Below the pieces are notes generated by a model, which searched no databases, was not told the DNA's origin, and worked only from the letters and a program-made list of their open reading frames with translations. This document shows, piece after piece, positions 24,761 through 38,185 of a DNA stretch of 64,000 nt. Source of the DNA: Macrostomum lignano (taxonomy: Eukaryota); NCBI GenBank assembly GCA_002269645.1, contig NIVC01003655.1, positions 1-64,000 of the forward strand. The letters run 5' to 3'. The position numbers and the translations under genes are program-made. Positions within the stretch are counted from its first letter, which is position 1. The number at the start of each line of letters is the position of its first letter.

Positions 24761-26440
24761 CGGAACCTCTCGGACGGAATCCCGTCCACGCTCTGCCCTC
24801 CGACAAATTCAAAACCAGCATTTCACCACGTCATGAGGCAAGAGACAACTGGAAACGAAGGAATACGAAGAAATGGATTATACATGCAATAATAAAAGCA
24901 ATTAACGCAATTTGCATGTATTGAAACGGTGAGTAAAAAAATATTTGCCCTGCCTCATTGCATGCGGCCCTGCTACTGAAATTAAAAAATATAAGAGCAT
25001 TTTTTTAATATTCTTGTTCGTAACCTGAAAGGCGAAAAACGTATTTCAGACATTTTTATTGTTCTTCTATAATTTCGGGGTTCACAAGTCTAATAGTGCA
25101 AAAGAAAACAAAACAATATCCATGCTGATAGTCTCGCAAGAACCACTGTGCAGTCTCAGAGAGTCTGCTGTGGTCTCAAGTTTAGTCTCAAATTCAAGCT
25201 TCACACCAATAGAAACCGAGAACTCAAAAACATACCGCATTGTACTCATATAATCGAAACCAGAACAACAGTAAATCTACCAACGGTCAACTGTTGTAGG
25301 CGTTAAGTTGAGTGCCAACCTGCAAGTCTAGCTAAGTATAGCCAGTCATGGGTGAACAGCAAGCGCCGCCAAGTCAGGTGGTCCAACTTCCGCCACTCTC
25401 AGACGTGCCGGTCGACCTTCTGCCTCTATCAGGGGCGTATGCTTCGCTAAAATCCCGCGTTGAATTCCACATTGAATCGGGCTTAAGAACTCAAGTTGAG
25501 TTTAGTGCGGGAAATCCCGCATTGAATCCCGCATTGAATTCTGCGTTGAATGGGCTTTAGAATAAAAATGATTACTATTAAAGAAAGTAAAAAAGGATAC
25601 AGTTAAGTTTGTTTAGAATGTATAATACGTTAATGCTTCGATTAGTTTTACGCGGAAAATTCCGCACTGAATCCCGCATTTAACTCGGCTGTTGGGTTCA
25701 CCGGATTTTTAACTTTATTTTTAAGGTTTGGAAATATATATAAACGATAGCGCAAGTAAAACTAGAGATGCGCCTAGATTTTTGGTTCTGCGCGTTAGTA
25801 TCTAACTTCTAAGCCGGTTAATTCAGTAGTTAGTTTATGTGTATATGATTTCTGACAATTAAAAAAAGTTTAAAATATAATTATATGATTTCTGACAATT
25901 AAAAAACAATTTAGAATATAATTATATAATTAACTTGAATTAGCCTAAAAACTCCTTTTAGTTTAGTTCACCAAGGCTAATTTATTGCTATTAAGCTAAT
26001 AATAAAGTCTTAACAATCAGTTTAAGATAATTACTGAACTTAATATCATGTGTCCAACCAAAGATGTTAAAACTTGTAAAACTAATTTATTAATAATGTA
26101 ATCACTTAGATAAGACAAACTAAATTGATATACATATTGCATACATAAGGTTAGGCCTAAATATCTAGAAAAGGAGCTGGTTGGATTAGGATAGACTAGG
26201 CTTATACTTAGGGGCATTGGGGTATTAGAATAAGAGAGATAGGGGTTAGCATATTTATAATTTTCTAAGCCAATAACGTTTTATATATAAATCTTATAAG
26301 CCTAGCCATTATATTTTTATTGTACTATTAATTAAGGCTAGGCCTATATCTATATTTATTTAGATTTAGGTCTATGCTATATTGAAAGTATATTTTAAAG
26401 ATAAACTTAATATCTTTTGAAATTCTATATATTATACATC

Positions 26441-27426
26441 TATCCAGTGCATTAGACAGTTCTTGCAGTTTTACTAATACATCTTGCAAAGCAGCTTAGC
26501 TGCAGCTCAGCATATTTTCACTTATTGAAATAGTCGCCACCAGAATCCACAACCTTCTGCCACCTTTCGGCTTTCTAAAAGAAGATGTATGCCCTTCTTG
26601 TAGAATTCAGCAATCTTTGAGTCAAAGAAGTTCGTGATATTTAGCTTTAGCTCTTTGTCGCTAGCAAATTTCTTCTTGGCCAAAAAGTTGGCCAATAGAA
26701 GAAATAGATGGTAGTCACATGGGGAGATGCCTAGACTATACGGTGGATGCGGCAGAATATCTCAGCTGAGATTTGTTAGCATTTGACATGTGCAAATAGC
26801 CATATGTGGCCTTGCATTATCTTGAAAGAGTAGAACACCTTTGTGGTTGACAAGAGATGACTGCTTCTACTGCAGTTTCTCATGTACAGTGCATAGCTAG
26901 CTGCTGTAGTGGTCAGCTATGATGGTTTGCTTGCGTGGAAGGAAGTTTATATAGCATGCCACATGTTGTCTACCACATGGTCATCAAGATCTTCTTCGGG
27001 TGCAGTTCCTGCTTTGCTGACTGTCCAACCGCTTTACCTAGGCGTGACCACTCAGCAGAGCAATGTGTGTTGTCATGGAGCACCCATTTTTCATAGCAGG
27101 TGACAATCCTGTCAATGAAAGGATCATGTTTGTTCCAAAACAGCTGGCAGATTTCCACCCACTTCTGCTTGTTCTCTGGTGACAACTGATGTGGCACCCA
27201 CTTGGTCAGCTTTTTGGTGAAGCCAGGGGTTTGCAAGTGATCGCAGACAGTTGATTCACTGCACCCAAGCTCAACTGCGATGTTGGCGCATGATGTGGCT
27301 GGGTTGGCCGCAATCAGGTTGCACAGTGTCTGGTTTCTAAACGCAGCTGTTTGTCCAAGCAGCATACATTGATTTAAAAAAAAGGAATCTGTAAAAACTG
27401 CAAGAGATTTCTGGTGCACCAAATAT
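26441..27426 (-). mobile_element. mariner (D,D34D) transposon relic
   Basis: Motifs KWVPHQL, IVTCYEKW, HPKK, QDNARPH, LPHPPYS and SPCDYHLF across frames. Degenerate TIRs ...gtgca..aga...tcttgcagtttt.ac at both ends. Confidence 0.85.
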
Positions 27427-27832
27427 AAATGTGTACACTGTACACCTAGTTGCTAAGATAATTTATATATGAGTAGTAGTTGAATTCTCTATTTCTTCTA
27501 GTCAGCCATGGATTAAAATTTATCCTTTTTAGGCCTAGAATTGACTTCTTTATCCAAGTTGGAGTTGGCAGGTATATCTAGATCAAAATCAAAGCTTGTA
27601 TTGCAATCAGAATCAAGACTAAGTCCAGCCTATACCTTGAAGCCAGTGGGGCCTATCTAAGAATAGGTATTTCCAAAGTCATGGCTTCATAAATTTTTGA
27701 TGATGTTTTGTGATTTAGATATATTTCATATTTTTATAAATTTATATATTACACGTTACATGCTTTCTGCATTTTGTTCAGACAAATTTGTGTAGTGATT
27801 TCTTTATTGACAAAAACTTTGCTATCTTGCTC

Positions 27833-30800
27833 ATGTCGTCTCCAGAAGCAGCCGGCTGCTTGCCATTCCTAAGCGTGCACGATGCCGCTGGCCACGGTGG
27901 CCCATTCCTGCCCGGCTCTCCTGTGGCACTGCGCGCTCAGGAGCACGGCCAGAGTCACGTGGCCAGGCACCTGGGCGGCCGAGTCGGCCAGCTGCGCCGC
28001 CTGCTGGACCTGGACACCCGCTACCGGGTGGAGCTGGCCCACGGCTGCTACTCCTGGTTGGTGACCCGCAATCTGAACCATTGGCGCCGGGTGTACCCGC
28101 TGCTGCGGGCTGCCCTCATCCTGCCCGATCGGCTGCGGCATCAGCACGAATTCTGCGAAGGCGAACAGCAGCCTCAGCAGACGGGGCCGCCGCCGACTCC
28201 GCCCGCAACATCGCCGGCTGCAGATCGGCAGAACAGCAGCCATCAGGAGCCCGACAGTCGGCTGCAATCGTTCGAGGAGCAACTGCGCTGGGTGCTTGAT
28301 CGGGTGCACTCTCTGCGGCACAGTTTGCACCTGTTGCGGTTTCTTGGCGTCTCCAGGCTGAGCTTTGTGCGTGGTCTGGACAACTTGTCTGGCGGCGGCT
28401 CCTCGGTTTCGTTCATCAACATTGTCGAGGCGGAGGTTCGGGCAAGATTTGTACGCGGTGACAGCCTGGGCGACACCAGCTGCTCGGCCGACTGTCACCT
28501 GTACTGCGGCAGGTCTAAGCGACTGTGAGTTGCATCACTGTAGCCATGGTAACAGGAGAACCGCTTTTAACCTCGTCTGTGTCTTTCCACCGAGAATCAC
28601 CCTCCAATCCCATGAAGAATCGCCCTCCAACCCCATAGAGAATCACCCTCCAATCCCATACAGAATCGCCCTCCAATCCCATAAAGAATCGCCCTCCAAC
28701 CCCATAGAGAATCACCCTCCAATCCCATACAGAATCGCCCTCCAATCCCATAAAGAATCGCCCTCCAACTCATACATGTACAACCTCCAAAATTCGGTCG
28801 GCCCTGCGACTTAGTTTTAACAAAAATGCGACGTAGTTTTTGGCCAAAAATGCGACTTAAATGTAAAAAACCCTAAAGCAAAATTAACGCAACTTTGGGT
28901 AAACGGCAGGAGTAACAATTGACTGTCTTATTAAGCCGAAATGCCTCGTCAGCTACTTAGTACTACTACTTGGGTGTTTTTTCGGGTGGGCATTTTTGCG
29001 ACTTCCTTGGTTGGCCGCCAAATCGATCGGCCGACTCGGCCGACTGTTGCGCATGTATGCTCCAACTCCATGCAGAATCGCCCTCCAATCCCATGAAGAA
29101 TCGCCCTCCAACCCCATAGAGAATCGCCCTCCAACCCCATAGAGAATCGCCCTCCAACCCCATAAAGAATCGCCCTCCAACCCCATAGAGAATCGCCCTC
29201 CAACCCCATAAAGAATCGCCCTCCAACCCCATAAAGAATCGCCCTCCAACCCCATAGAGAATCGCCCTCCAACCCCATAGAGAATCGCCCTCCAACCCCA
29301 TAGAGAATCGCCCTCCAACCCCATAAAGAATCGCCATCCAACCCCATAAAGAATCGCCCTCCAACCCCATAGAGAATCGCCCTCCAACCCCATAAAGAAT
29401 CGCCCTCCAACCCCATAGAGAATCGCCCTCCAACCCCATAGAGAATCGCCCTCCAACCCCATAGAGAATCGCCCTCCAACCCCATAGAGAATCGCCCTCC
29501 AACCCCATAAAGAATCGCCATCCAACCCCATAAAGAATCGCCCTCCAACCCCATAAAGAATCGCCCTCCAACCCCACAAAGAATCGCCCTCCAACCCCAA
29601 AGAGAATCGCCCTCCAATCCCATAGAGAATCGCCCTCCAACCCCATAAAGAATCGCCCTCCAACCCCATAAAGAATCGCCCTCCAATCCCATAAAGAATC
29701 GCCCTCCAGCCCCATAAAGAATCGCCCCACCCACAATTCCAGCTGGATGGTGGTGAAGAGCCAGTGCATAATATTTCTGCAAGATAATCTATCCAGAGCT
29801 GTGGAAGTGTTTATGATTGACTCGTCAATGTCTGTTATAAAAGGCTTGGATCCGTCAGTTAGGCGCTACACCTGCGGCTTCGTGTTGCAGAACTCAAGCC
29901 TGTAAGTTTTATTAATTTGCTGTATTTGTCTTACTGAGTGCGCACTCGTTCTCCGGTACATGCATATTTATGCCAATGCTTTTTTTATCTATCTAGGCTC
30001 GTTTCCTCTGAGCCCTGCGAGCTATTCTCATTTCTCGCTACAGTCAGTTCTATTTTTAGAAAGTGGAATTCTCAGATATTAGCTTCAATCTTTCTGTCAT
30101 TGCTTGGGACTGTCAACAATACGAGTAAATTTTTTTATTCTCTATAATTAAACAGTCTACTTATAGTAGACCAGACTGCTTGTTTTTGAAAATTTTACAA
30201 GCCTGTACTGTAATGTAAATGAAAATGAAAATCCTATGCAGCAGTTCAGAGTTACTAAACTCAAACACATTGACTGTCTCACGGATACCTTGACTGTCTC
30301 ACGGACACCTTGACTGTCTCACGGACACCTTGACTGTCTCACGGACGCCCCTCAGACAGCATAGACACCCCTTGATTGTCTCAGGGACACCCTCAGACAG
30401 CACAGACACCCCTTCAATGTCTCACGGACACCCCTCAGACAGCACAGAGACCCATTGACTGTCCCAGACACCCCGCACCCACCCCAAATAAGGCTGGTGT
30501 CCCTGAGCTGCAACCACTGCGACTACGAGCGCCTGGCCGAGGCCCTGGACCGTCTTTGCTCCGAACAGCGCCAGAGGCGCCTTGCCGACACAACAGCCAA
30601 GCAGCTGTGCGCCTGGGCGCCATCGCGCCGACCCTGCCGCGCCAAATGGTACGCCGACGGCGCCGCTTATTTCGCCGACGTCTACGAAGCTTTGGAAGCG
30701 GCCAGACAGGAGATTTTCATCTGCGATTGGTGGCTGACCCCCGAGCTGCATTTGAAGCGGCCGGACCCGGAGGACCGGCACCAGCTCATGAATGTGCTGC

Positions 30801-33800
30801 AGAGGCGGGCAGACGCTGGGGTCAAGATTTTCATCCTCATTTACAAGGAACTGCGATTCGCTGTCAACACTGACAGCTGGTAGGTTGCTGAGCTGACTTT
30901 CATGCTAGACTATCTTAAGGGGTCAGGACAGGTCAAGTGACCCCAGCTAAGACCTTAAGACTTGCCTTTTCAAAAACAGCCCAATTTTGATGTTAGACAA
31001 TCCGAGGGGGTCAAGTGACCCCAGACAAGACTCTTGGACGTATAGTCACTGACGAGCCGGCTTTAATGCTGAGCAATCCGAAAGGGAGGTCAAATGACCC
31101 CAGCTAAGACCATGGGACTCGCCTTTTAAAAAACAGCCTAATTTTGATGCTTGCCATTCCTAAGGGGTCAAGTGACTCCCGCAAAGACTGTTGAATGGAT
31201 TGTTACTGACAAGCCGGCTTTAATGCTACGTAATCTTGGGGGGGGGGTCAAGTGACCTCAGTGACATCAGCTAAGACCGTGGGACTCCTTTTGTCACAAA
31301 GCAGACGAATTTAGTTGCTAGCCAATCTGACAGGAGGTCAACTGACCCCACGGCCAGTATTTCCCCTCGCGCAGATTTAGTGCTGCAGAGTCTCCAATCA
31401 CTAATTAAATTAATTGGCAACTCAGGTACGCCAAGATGATGCTGAAAGCCCGCTGTCCCAAGCGCAACATCTACATACTGCGCCACCCGAACCACCTGTT
31501 CAACGCCGACCTATTGTGGACGCACCACGAGAAGCTGCTAATTGTCGATCAGCGCCTGGCCTTCTTTGGCGGCATCGACCTGTGCTGGGGCCGCTGGGAC
31601 ACTCAGCGACACCCCCTGACCGACCAAGGCGACGCTGATTGGCCATCCGACTGTCGGCCAATCGGCGACGTTGACGCTTTCAACGCCGCTTTCCCCGGCC
31701 GAGCCGTTGGTTCCGGCGCTGCCGCAGGGGCGGCTTTCACGACGGCAGAAACGTCGAAAGATTTCGCCGACGTCAGCGAGACTCTAGACACGGTGGACTT
31801 CAACGACACCGGCGCTGCGTGGCACGCCACCCCGGACTCGGCCATTGTTGTCGAATCGCTGGACGATTCGTCGTCCTCTGGCGCCGGCAAGACGAAGCGA
31901 CGTGGACTGATGCGATTTCTGTCCGTTGGGCCGCGGCAGGATCTGGGAATTCTGTTGCAGCAGCAGCAGCATCAGATGGCCGCGTCAATGGCGGCCGCAT
32001 CTTCAGCTAGTGAAGGTGCGCCTTTGGACTTTCATGCGGTTGTCATTTTCCATGTTTGATTCTTAACATCTGAGCTAACAGTTTTAATACAAGCCTTTCA
32101 TGATCTTAGTTTTATCCACCGACCCATCCCTGCTGGTCTGTCAGTGCCCTCCCTGCTGGTCCATCAGTGCCCTACCTGCTAGTCCTTCAGTGCCCTCCCT
32201 GCTAGTCCTTCAGTGCCCTCCCTGCTAGTCCTTCAGTGCCCTCCCTGCTAGTCCATCAGTGCCCTCCCTGCTGGTCCATCAGTGCCCTCCCTGCTAGTCC
32301 TTCAGTGCCCTCCCTGCTAGTCCTTCAGTGCCCTACCTGCTAGTCCATCAGTGCCCTCCCTGCTAGTCCTTCAGTGCCCTCCCTGCTAGTCCATCAGTGC
32401 CCTCCCTGCTGGTCCTTCAGTGCCCTCCCTGCTGGTCCGACCTTGAGCATATTAGCCTCCTCGCTCGCTAAGCGACTAACACATTGCACAGCGCACGACC
32501 CGCATTGGCCTCCCGCGCACTCTAACGCACTCTCACTCTCTCCGTTTCTCTCACCGTCTGGCTGGCGCCGCTACGCAGGAAAGCCGCACAAATTACGCCG
32601 CTTTCACACCATTGAAGCGCACGGCAACGGCAGCCGGTCAGCTGGCGGCGCCGCCGAAGCCGCTGCCGCCGCTTCCGGCATCGTCGACGATTCGGCGGTC
32701 GAGTATCAGGCCGGCCGGCAGCCTCGCTGGCACGTGATGGACGACGGCCAGCTGCAAGTCCGACGACTCGAGGCTCGCCGGGTTAGCAACCTTTGGCGCG
32801 GCGCAATCGAGCGGATGCGCATCGCTCGCGGCGTCCGCGGCCAGCTCAGGCGGTCGGCTGCCGCAGGCGGCGATCAGGGAGGCTTCGAAAACAGCGAGGA
32901 TTTTGTGGATTCGCGGTAGGTTACCTTCTGTGTTCATTTGATGTACATTTAGTGCTCATTTGATGTACATTTAGTGCTCATTTGATGTACATTCTGTGTA
33001 CATTGATGTTCATTTGGTGTGCATTTGGTGTACATTTGGTGTTCATTTGGTGTACATTCAATGTACATTCAATGTACATTCAGTGTACATTCAGTGTACT
33101 CTCTGTGTACAATTAGATGTAACAATCTATTCGAAGTACCCTTCATGTAAATTGTCTTTAATTGTTTTATCCTCTAACCGCAGGCCCCCAGAGCTCGCGG
33201 TTGAGGCGCGCAACATTCAGCTGTGGAAGGGCCTTGACTATGTCAATTGGGTCATTAAAGAGCCATTCAACTTGCACCAGCCAAATAGAGGTGAGTCTGG
33301 GGATTAAGGTTATTGAGCTAGCTTCGCTAAACAAGAAGTAGGATTCTACCAATCTCTCCTGCGTGTTTTTCTAACCACTGCCTAAATTTATACCTGCTAC
33401 TTTCTATTCTACCCGCTTTTATCTATTAATGTATTAAGCAAATTCAATGAATTACTCACCTACTAATCCACCAACTAGCCTACCTACCTACCTACCTACC
33501 TACCTGACTATCTACCTACCAACTTACCTACCTACTAAACCCATCTGTCGACTGACTGCATGGCTACCTACGGGGCCGTAGCCCAGTGGTTTAGCGGGGC
33601 GCTCTCATGTGCCAGCGACCCAGGCTCGATTCCAAGTGCAGTTTCATTAATTTGTGGCTAAATTGGAATCTCGACTTGGCTCTGCTCGAGCAGTTATTGC
33701 CCTTGAGGGCCAACCCCTGAGTGTACATGCCTAACGATAAATAAATTTGGGGCCGCTGTATACTCTTGTATGAGTGTGTGCCTGTGCGTATGCGTACGTA

Positions 33801-36800
33801 TCCGCGCACTTGTGTGCCTGCTCTGGGGAGTCGGTGGAATGGGCAGCAATGCCTCTCGCCGGTTGTGCGACAATGTCGCTTAAAGTGCGCCAGGGTGCAC
33901 ACAACCCCCTGCCTCTACTAAGTAAAAAGACTGGCTACCTAACTCTACCAATTTAACTACGACTGCCTACCCTATCTACCGACTGCCTACCCTATCTACC
34001 GACTACCTACCCTATCTACCGACTACCTACCCTATCTACCGACTGCCTACCCTATCTACCGACTGCCTACCCTATCTACCGACCCACCTTACCTCACTCT
34101 ACAATCTCCGCGTCCGCAGACCTGGTGGACCGCAACGAGGTGCCCCGAATGCCGTGGCACGACGTGGCCTGCGCAGTCGGCGACAACGCGGCCCGCGATT
34201 TGGCCCGGCACTTCATCCAGCGCTGGAATTTCACAGTTCGCGACAAGAACCTGTCGACGGTCCGCTATCCCATGCTCATCCCCAAGGCCTTCGCCGCTGT
34301 CGATGCAGCCGCTGAGGAAGCCGCTGAAGAGGCCGCTGAAGCCGCTGCAGTCGCTGCGGCCGCCGCCGCGGCAGCTTCCGGCGGCGGAAAGCGGCGTTGG
34401 CGGAAGCAGCGAAAGCGCCAAACTGACTACCGGCTTGACGGCCTGGACACCAGCGGTAGGCCGCCGGCCGATAATTCCGGCCTGAGCCGCCTGCTGCCGA
34501 GGTTCTACAATCAGGTTGGTGACCGTTTGTACTTTTGCTAAGTAGTGCTTGGACTGCTTGAAGTATGGATTGTTGGCGCTTGATTTCTGACGCCTGTTTC
34601 TTTATCGTTTCGGACACCTGCTGCTTCACCTGTTCCCTCACCTGTTTCTCACCTGTTTCTCACCTGTTTCTTATCTGTTCACTCACCTGTTCACTCACCT
34701 GTTATTTTACCTGTTCACTCATCTGTTCACTCACCTGTTCTCTCACCTGTTCACTCACCTGTTCTCTCACCTGTTCACTCACCTGTTCCCTCACCTGTTC
34801 ACTCACCAGTTCTCTAACTTGTTCACTCACCTGTTCCCTCACCTGTTCACTCACCTGTTCACTCACCTGTTCCCTCACCTGTTTCTCACCTGTTTCTCAC
34901 CTGTTCCCTCACCTGTTTCTTATCTGTTCACTCACCTGTTCACTCACCTGTTATTTTACCTGTTCTCTCATCTGTTCACTCATCTGTTCACTCACCTGTT
35001 CACTCACCTGTTATTTTACCTGTTCACTCATCTGTTCACTCACCTGTTCTCTCACCTGTTCACTCACCTGTTCTCTCACCTGTTCACTCACCTGTTCACT
35101 CACCTGTTCCCTCACCTGTTCACTCACCAGTTCTCTAACTTGTTCACTCACCTGTTCCCTCACCTGTTCACTCACCAGTTCACTCACCAGTTCTCTAACT
35201 TGTTCACTCACCTGTTCCCTCACCTGTTCACTCACCAGTTCACTCACCAGTTCTCTAACTTGTTCACTCACCTGTTATTTTACCTGTTCACTCATCTGTT
35301 CACTCACCTGTTCTCTCACCTGTTCACTCACCTGTTCTCTCACCTGTTCACTCACCAGTTCACTCACCTGTTCCCTCACCTGTTCACTCACCAGTTCTCT
35401 AACTTGTTCACTCACCTGTTCCCTCACCTGTTCACTCACCTGTTCACTCACCTGTTCCCTCACCTGTTTCTCACCTGTTTCTCACCTGTTCCCTCACCTG
35501 TTTCTTATCTGTTCACTCACCTGTTCACTCACCTGTTATTTTACCTGTTCTCTCATCTGTTCACTCATCTGTTCACTCACCTGTTCACTCACCTGTTATT
35601 TTACCTGTTCACTCATCTGTTCACTCACCTGTTCTCTCACCTGTTCACTCACCTGTTCTCTCACCTGTTCACTCACCAGTTCACTCACCTGTTCCCTCAC
35701 CTGTTCACTCACCAGTTCTCTAACTTGTTCACTCACCTGTTCCCTCACCTGTTCACTCACCAGTTCACTCACCAGTTCTCTAACTTGTTCACTCACCTGT
35801 TCATTCGCCTGTCCCCGGCCTCGCAGGTGAACATCCTCCGCTCAGTGGGTCCCTGGTCTGCCGGCCTGGCCTCCGAGCCCGAGCGGTCAATCCACGAGGC
35901 CATGTGCGCGGCAATCGATAGCGCCGAGTGTTTCGTGTACATCGAATCGCAATTCTTCATCAGCAATCCGACCAGCGATTGCGCTGCCTCCCCGGTGCGC
36001 AACCAGGTGGCGGCCCGCCTGGCCAACCGGATTTTGCGCGCCCACCGGGACGGCCGGCCGTTCCGCGTCTACCTGCTGCTGCCACTGCGGCCGCAGTTCG
36101 AGGAGCAGCTGGTCGAGCCGCGCAGCATGGAACGGACCAAGAAGATTTTGCACCTGACCTATCGGTCCCTGTGCCGAGGCCCGGACTCCCTGCTGGGCCG
36201 GCTCCAACAGGGCGGGATCGAGGATCACACCCGCTACCTGGCTATCTGCTCCCTGCGCACCTGGGGCCGCATGCCCAGCGGTCGCTTAGCAACCGAGCTA
36301 ATCTACGTGCACTCAAAGCTGCTCATAGCTGACGACCGAGTCCTGGTGCTTGGCTCGGCCAATATCAATGACAGGTCCCTGCTGGGCTGCCGCGACTCCG
36401 AGCTGGCCATGCGCTATGAGGACGCGGGGCCGGACACCGCCAGGGCCGTCTGGAGAGCCGCCGCCGGCGCTGACGAAGTCGACATCCGGGTTGGCTCGTT
36501 CTGCGGCTCCCTGCGTCGGTGCCTGATGCGGGAGCACCTCGGCCTGCTGGACGGCGGCGACTCCGCTGACGCTGCCGCTCTGGACGACCCGCTGTCCGAG
36601 GAGCTGTTCGACCGGCTGTGGCTGGGCCGAGCTCGAGCCAACTCCAAGCTGTTCGAGTCCGTGTTCCGCTGCCTGCCTTCTGATTCCGTTCCAGACTACG
36701 AGTCTCTGGCCGCCTGGCTGAAGGAGCCGCCATTGGCCGAGGTTGACCGCGACGCTGCCGCACAGCGGCTGGCCACGGAGGCTCCGGGCGGCAATCTGGT

Positions 36801-36879
36801 GCTGTTCCCGCTGCAGTTCCTGGGCAATGCGGATCTGGATGATCAGCTGTCTGTGGTGCCCGATATCACCTGGCACTGA
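27833..36879 (+). CDS. PLD: phospholipase D (PLD1/PLD2 type, PX-PH-HKD1-loop-HKD2), 8 coding exons, ~1239 aa
   Basis: Exons 27833-28524, 29743-29901, 30493-30879, 31426-32015, 32579-32915, 33184-33290, 34120-34514 and 35827-36879. All junctions are GT-AG and phase-compatible (3720 nt total). Motifs: [71 protein letters not shown]. The start codon is uncertain because an acceptor-like ctccag at ~27846 allows an upstream exon. Confidence 0.93.
28600..29730. repeat. 23-bp minisatellite in PLD intron 1, interrupted by a MITE
   Basis: Unit gaatcgccctccaaccccata(aa/ga). Confidence 0.95.
28773..29057. mobile_element. ~285-bp MITE-like insertion with TA-containing ends
   Basis: Ends tacatgtacaac...gttgcgcatgta form a 10/12 inverted repeat; unique sequence interrupts the minisatellite. 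Confidence 0.6.
30268..30475. repeat. 20-bp degenerate minisatellite in PLD intron 2
   Basis: Unit ttgactgtctcacggacacc. Confidence 0.8.
30930..31295. repeat. degenerate longer-period repeats in PLD intron 3
   Basis: Recurrent ggggtcaagtgaccccagctaagacc and gacgagccggctttaatgct motifs. Confidence 0.6.
32135..32435. repeat. 23-bp minisatellite in PLD intron 4
   Basis: Unit cagtgccctccctgctagtcc(t/a)t. Confidence 0.92.
32935..33100. repeat. degenerate short-period repeat in PLD intron 5
   Basis: catttgatgta / catttggtgta / cattcaatgta variants. Confidence 0.8.
33572..33925 (+). mobile_element. tRNA-derived SINE, copy 1
   Basis: A-box TAGCCCAGTGG (33579) and B-box GGCTCGATTCC (33623). The body aligns with 52917-53250. 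Confidence 0.8.
33955..34085. repeat. 20-bp minisatellite in PLD intron 6
   Basis: Unit ctaccgactgcctaccctat. Confidence 0.9.
34600..35805. repeat. 12-bp minisatellite in PLD intron 7
   Basis: Unit tcacctgttcac with variants; ends about 20 bp before the acceptor at 35826. Confidence 0.95.
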
Positions 36880-36897
36880 CTGGGTGGGCTACGGCTT

Positions 36898-37395
36898 TGG
36901 GAACTGGACCGCATCGTTGTGTTTGTGTGTTGGTAGAGAACTGGACCGCATCGTTGTGTTTGAGTGGGTAGAGAACTGGACCGCATCGTTGTGTTTGAGT
37001 GGGTAGAGAACTGGACCGCATCGTTGTGTTTGTGTGTTGGTAGAGAACTGGACCGCATCATTGTGTTTGTGAGTAGGTACAGAACTGGACCGCGTCTTTG
37101 TGTTTGTGAGTAGGTACAGAACTGGACCGCATCATTGTGTTTGTGAGTAGGTACAGAACTGGACCGCATCATTGTGTTCGTATGTGTTTAGAGAACTGGA
37201 CCGCATCATTGTGTTCGTATGTGTTTAGAGAACTGGACCGCATCATTGTGTTCGTATGTGTTTAGAGAACTGGACCGCATCATTGTGTTCGTATGTGTTT
37301 AGAGAACTGGACCGCATCATTGTGTTTGTGAGTAGGTACAGAACTGGACCGCATCATTGTGTTTGTGAGTAGGTACAGAACTGGACCGCATCACT
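36898..37395. repeat. ~36-bp minisatellite just after the PLD stop codon
   Basis: Unit agaactggaccgcatcattgtgtttgtgagtaggtac and variants. Confidence 0.92.
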
Positions 37396-37769
37396 GGGTA
37401 GAGAACTAAGTGTGTAGAGAACCCATTGAGCTTTTTTAAACAAATGATCAAGTAATAAAAATGTCTCATGAAACAAACTTAAATTACCGCAGCTGACTTT
37501 AAAATCGAAATATGATTTGCGAATTTTGCTTTGCTTTGCTTTTAAATCAATACTGTGCTAAATTGTTTATTTCGTTTGAAAGTACGAGTACTTAACTAGA
37601 CTACCTTTTGTCTGCCATTGTTAAGGCCGTGTCTTTGTAACTGCTTCCATATACTGTTATTAATGCATTTGCTTATGTATTGCTTGTTTGTATTTGCCGA
37701 CCTCTGGTGGCCTCTTCTGGCCAAGTGTTTGATGGTGTCATTTTTACGGCACTCTTATTAAAGACAAGA

Positions 37770-38185
37770 TTTTGATTATCTCATCCAGTTACAGGGGTGA
37801 GATTTTGATTATCTCATCTAGTTACAGGGGTGAGATTTTGAATATACCATCTAGTTACATGGGTGAGATTTTGATCATCCAATCTTGAGATTTTGATCAT
37901 CCCATCTTGAGATTTTGATAATCATATCTTGAGATTTTGATCATTCCATCTTGAGATTTCAATCATCCTATCTTGAGATTTTGATCATCCCATCTTGAGA
38001 TTTTGGTCATCCCATCTTGAGATTTTGATCATCCCATCTTGAGATTTTGATCATCCCATCTTGAGATTTTGATCATCCCATCTTGAGATTTCAATCATCC
38101 TATCTTGAGATTTTGATCATCCCATCTTGAGATTTTGATCATCCTATCTTGAGATTTTGATCATCCCATCTAGTTACAGGGGTGG
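37770..38185. repeat. 22-bp minisatellite
   Basis: Unit gagattttgatcatcccatctt. Confidence 0.9.

Larger units (their letters stand above)
20960..25680. repeat. inverted pair of a ~160-200 bp repeat (~20960-21131 and ~25492-25680)
   Basis: The reverse complement of the left copy matches tttagtgcgggaaatcccgcattgaa...aaaaaaggatacagttaagtttgtttagaa...tataatacgttaatgcttcgattagttttacgcggaaaat in the right copy. Confidence 0.85.

Noticed and set aside
28949-29782. Long ORFs across minisatellites (also 34565-35830, 42648-43680, 47061-48335, 53287-54149, 17226-18311)
   Set aside because: These are stop-free translations of tandem units in several frames. They lie in introns or repeats and have no domain content.
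34819-35826. N-terminal HLFT repeats of the 686-aa ORF as part of PLD
   Set aside because: This is intronic 12-bp repeat; the true exon starts after tcgcag at 35827 (VNILRS) and joins in phase 0 to the exon ending at 34514.
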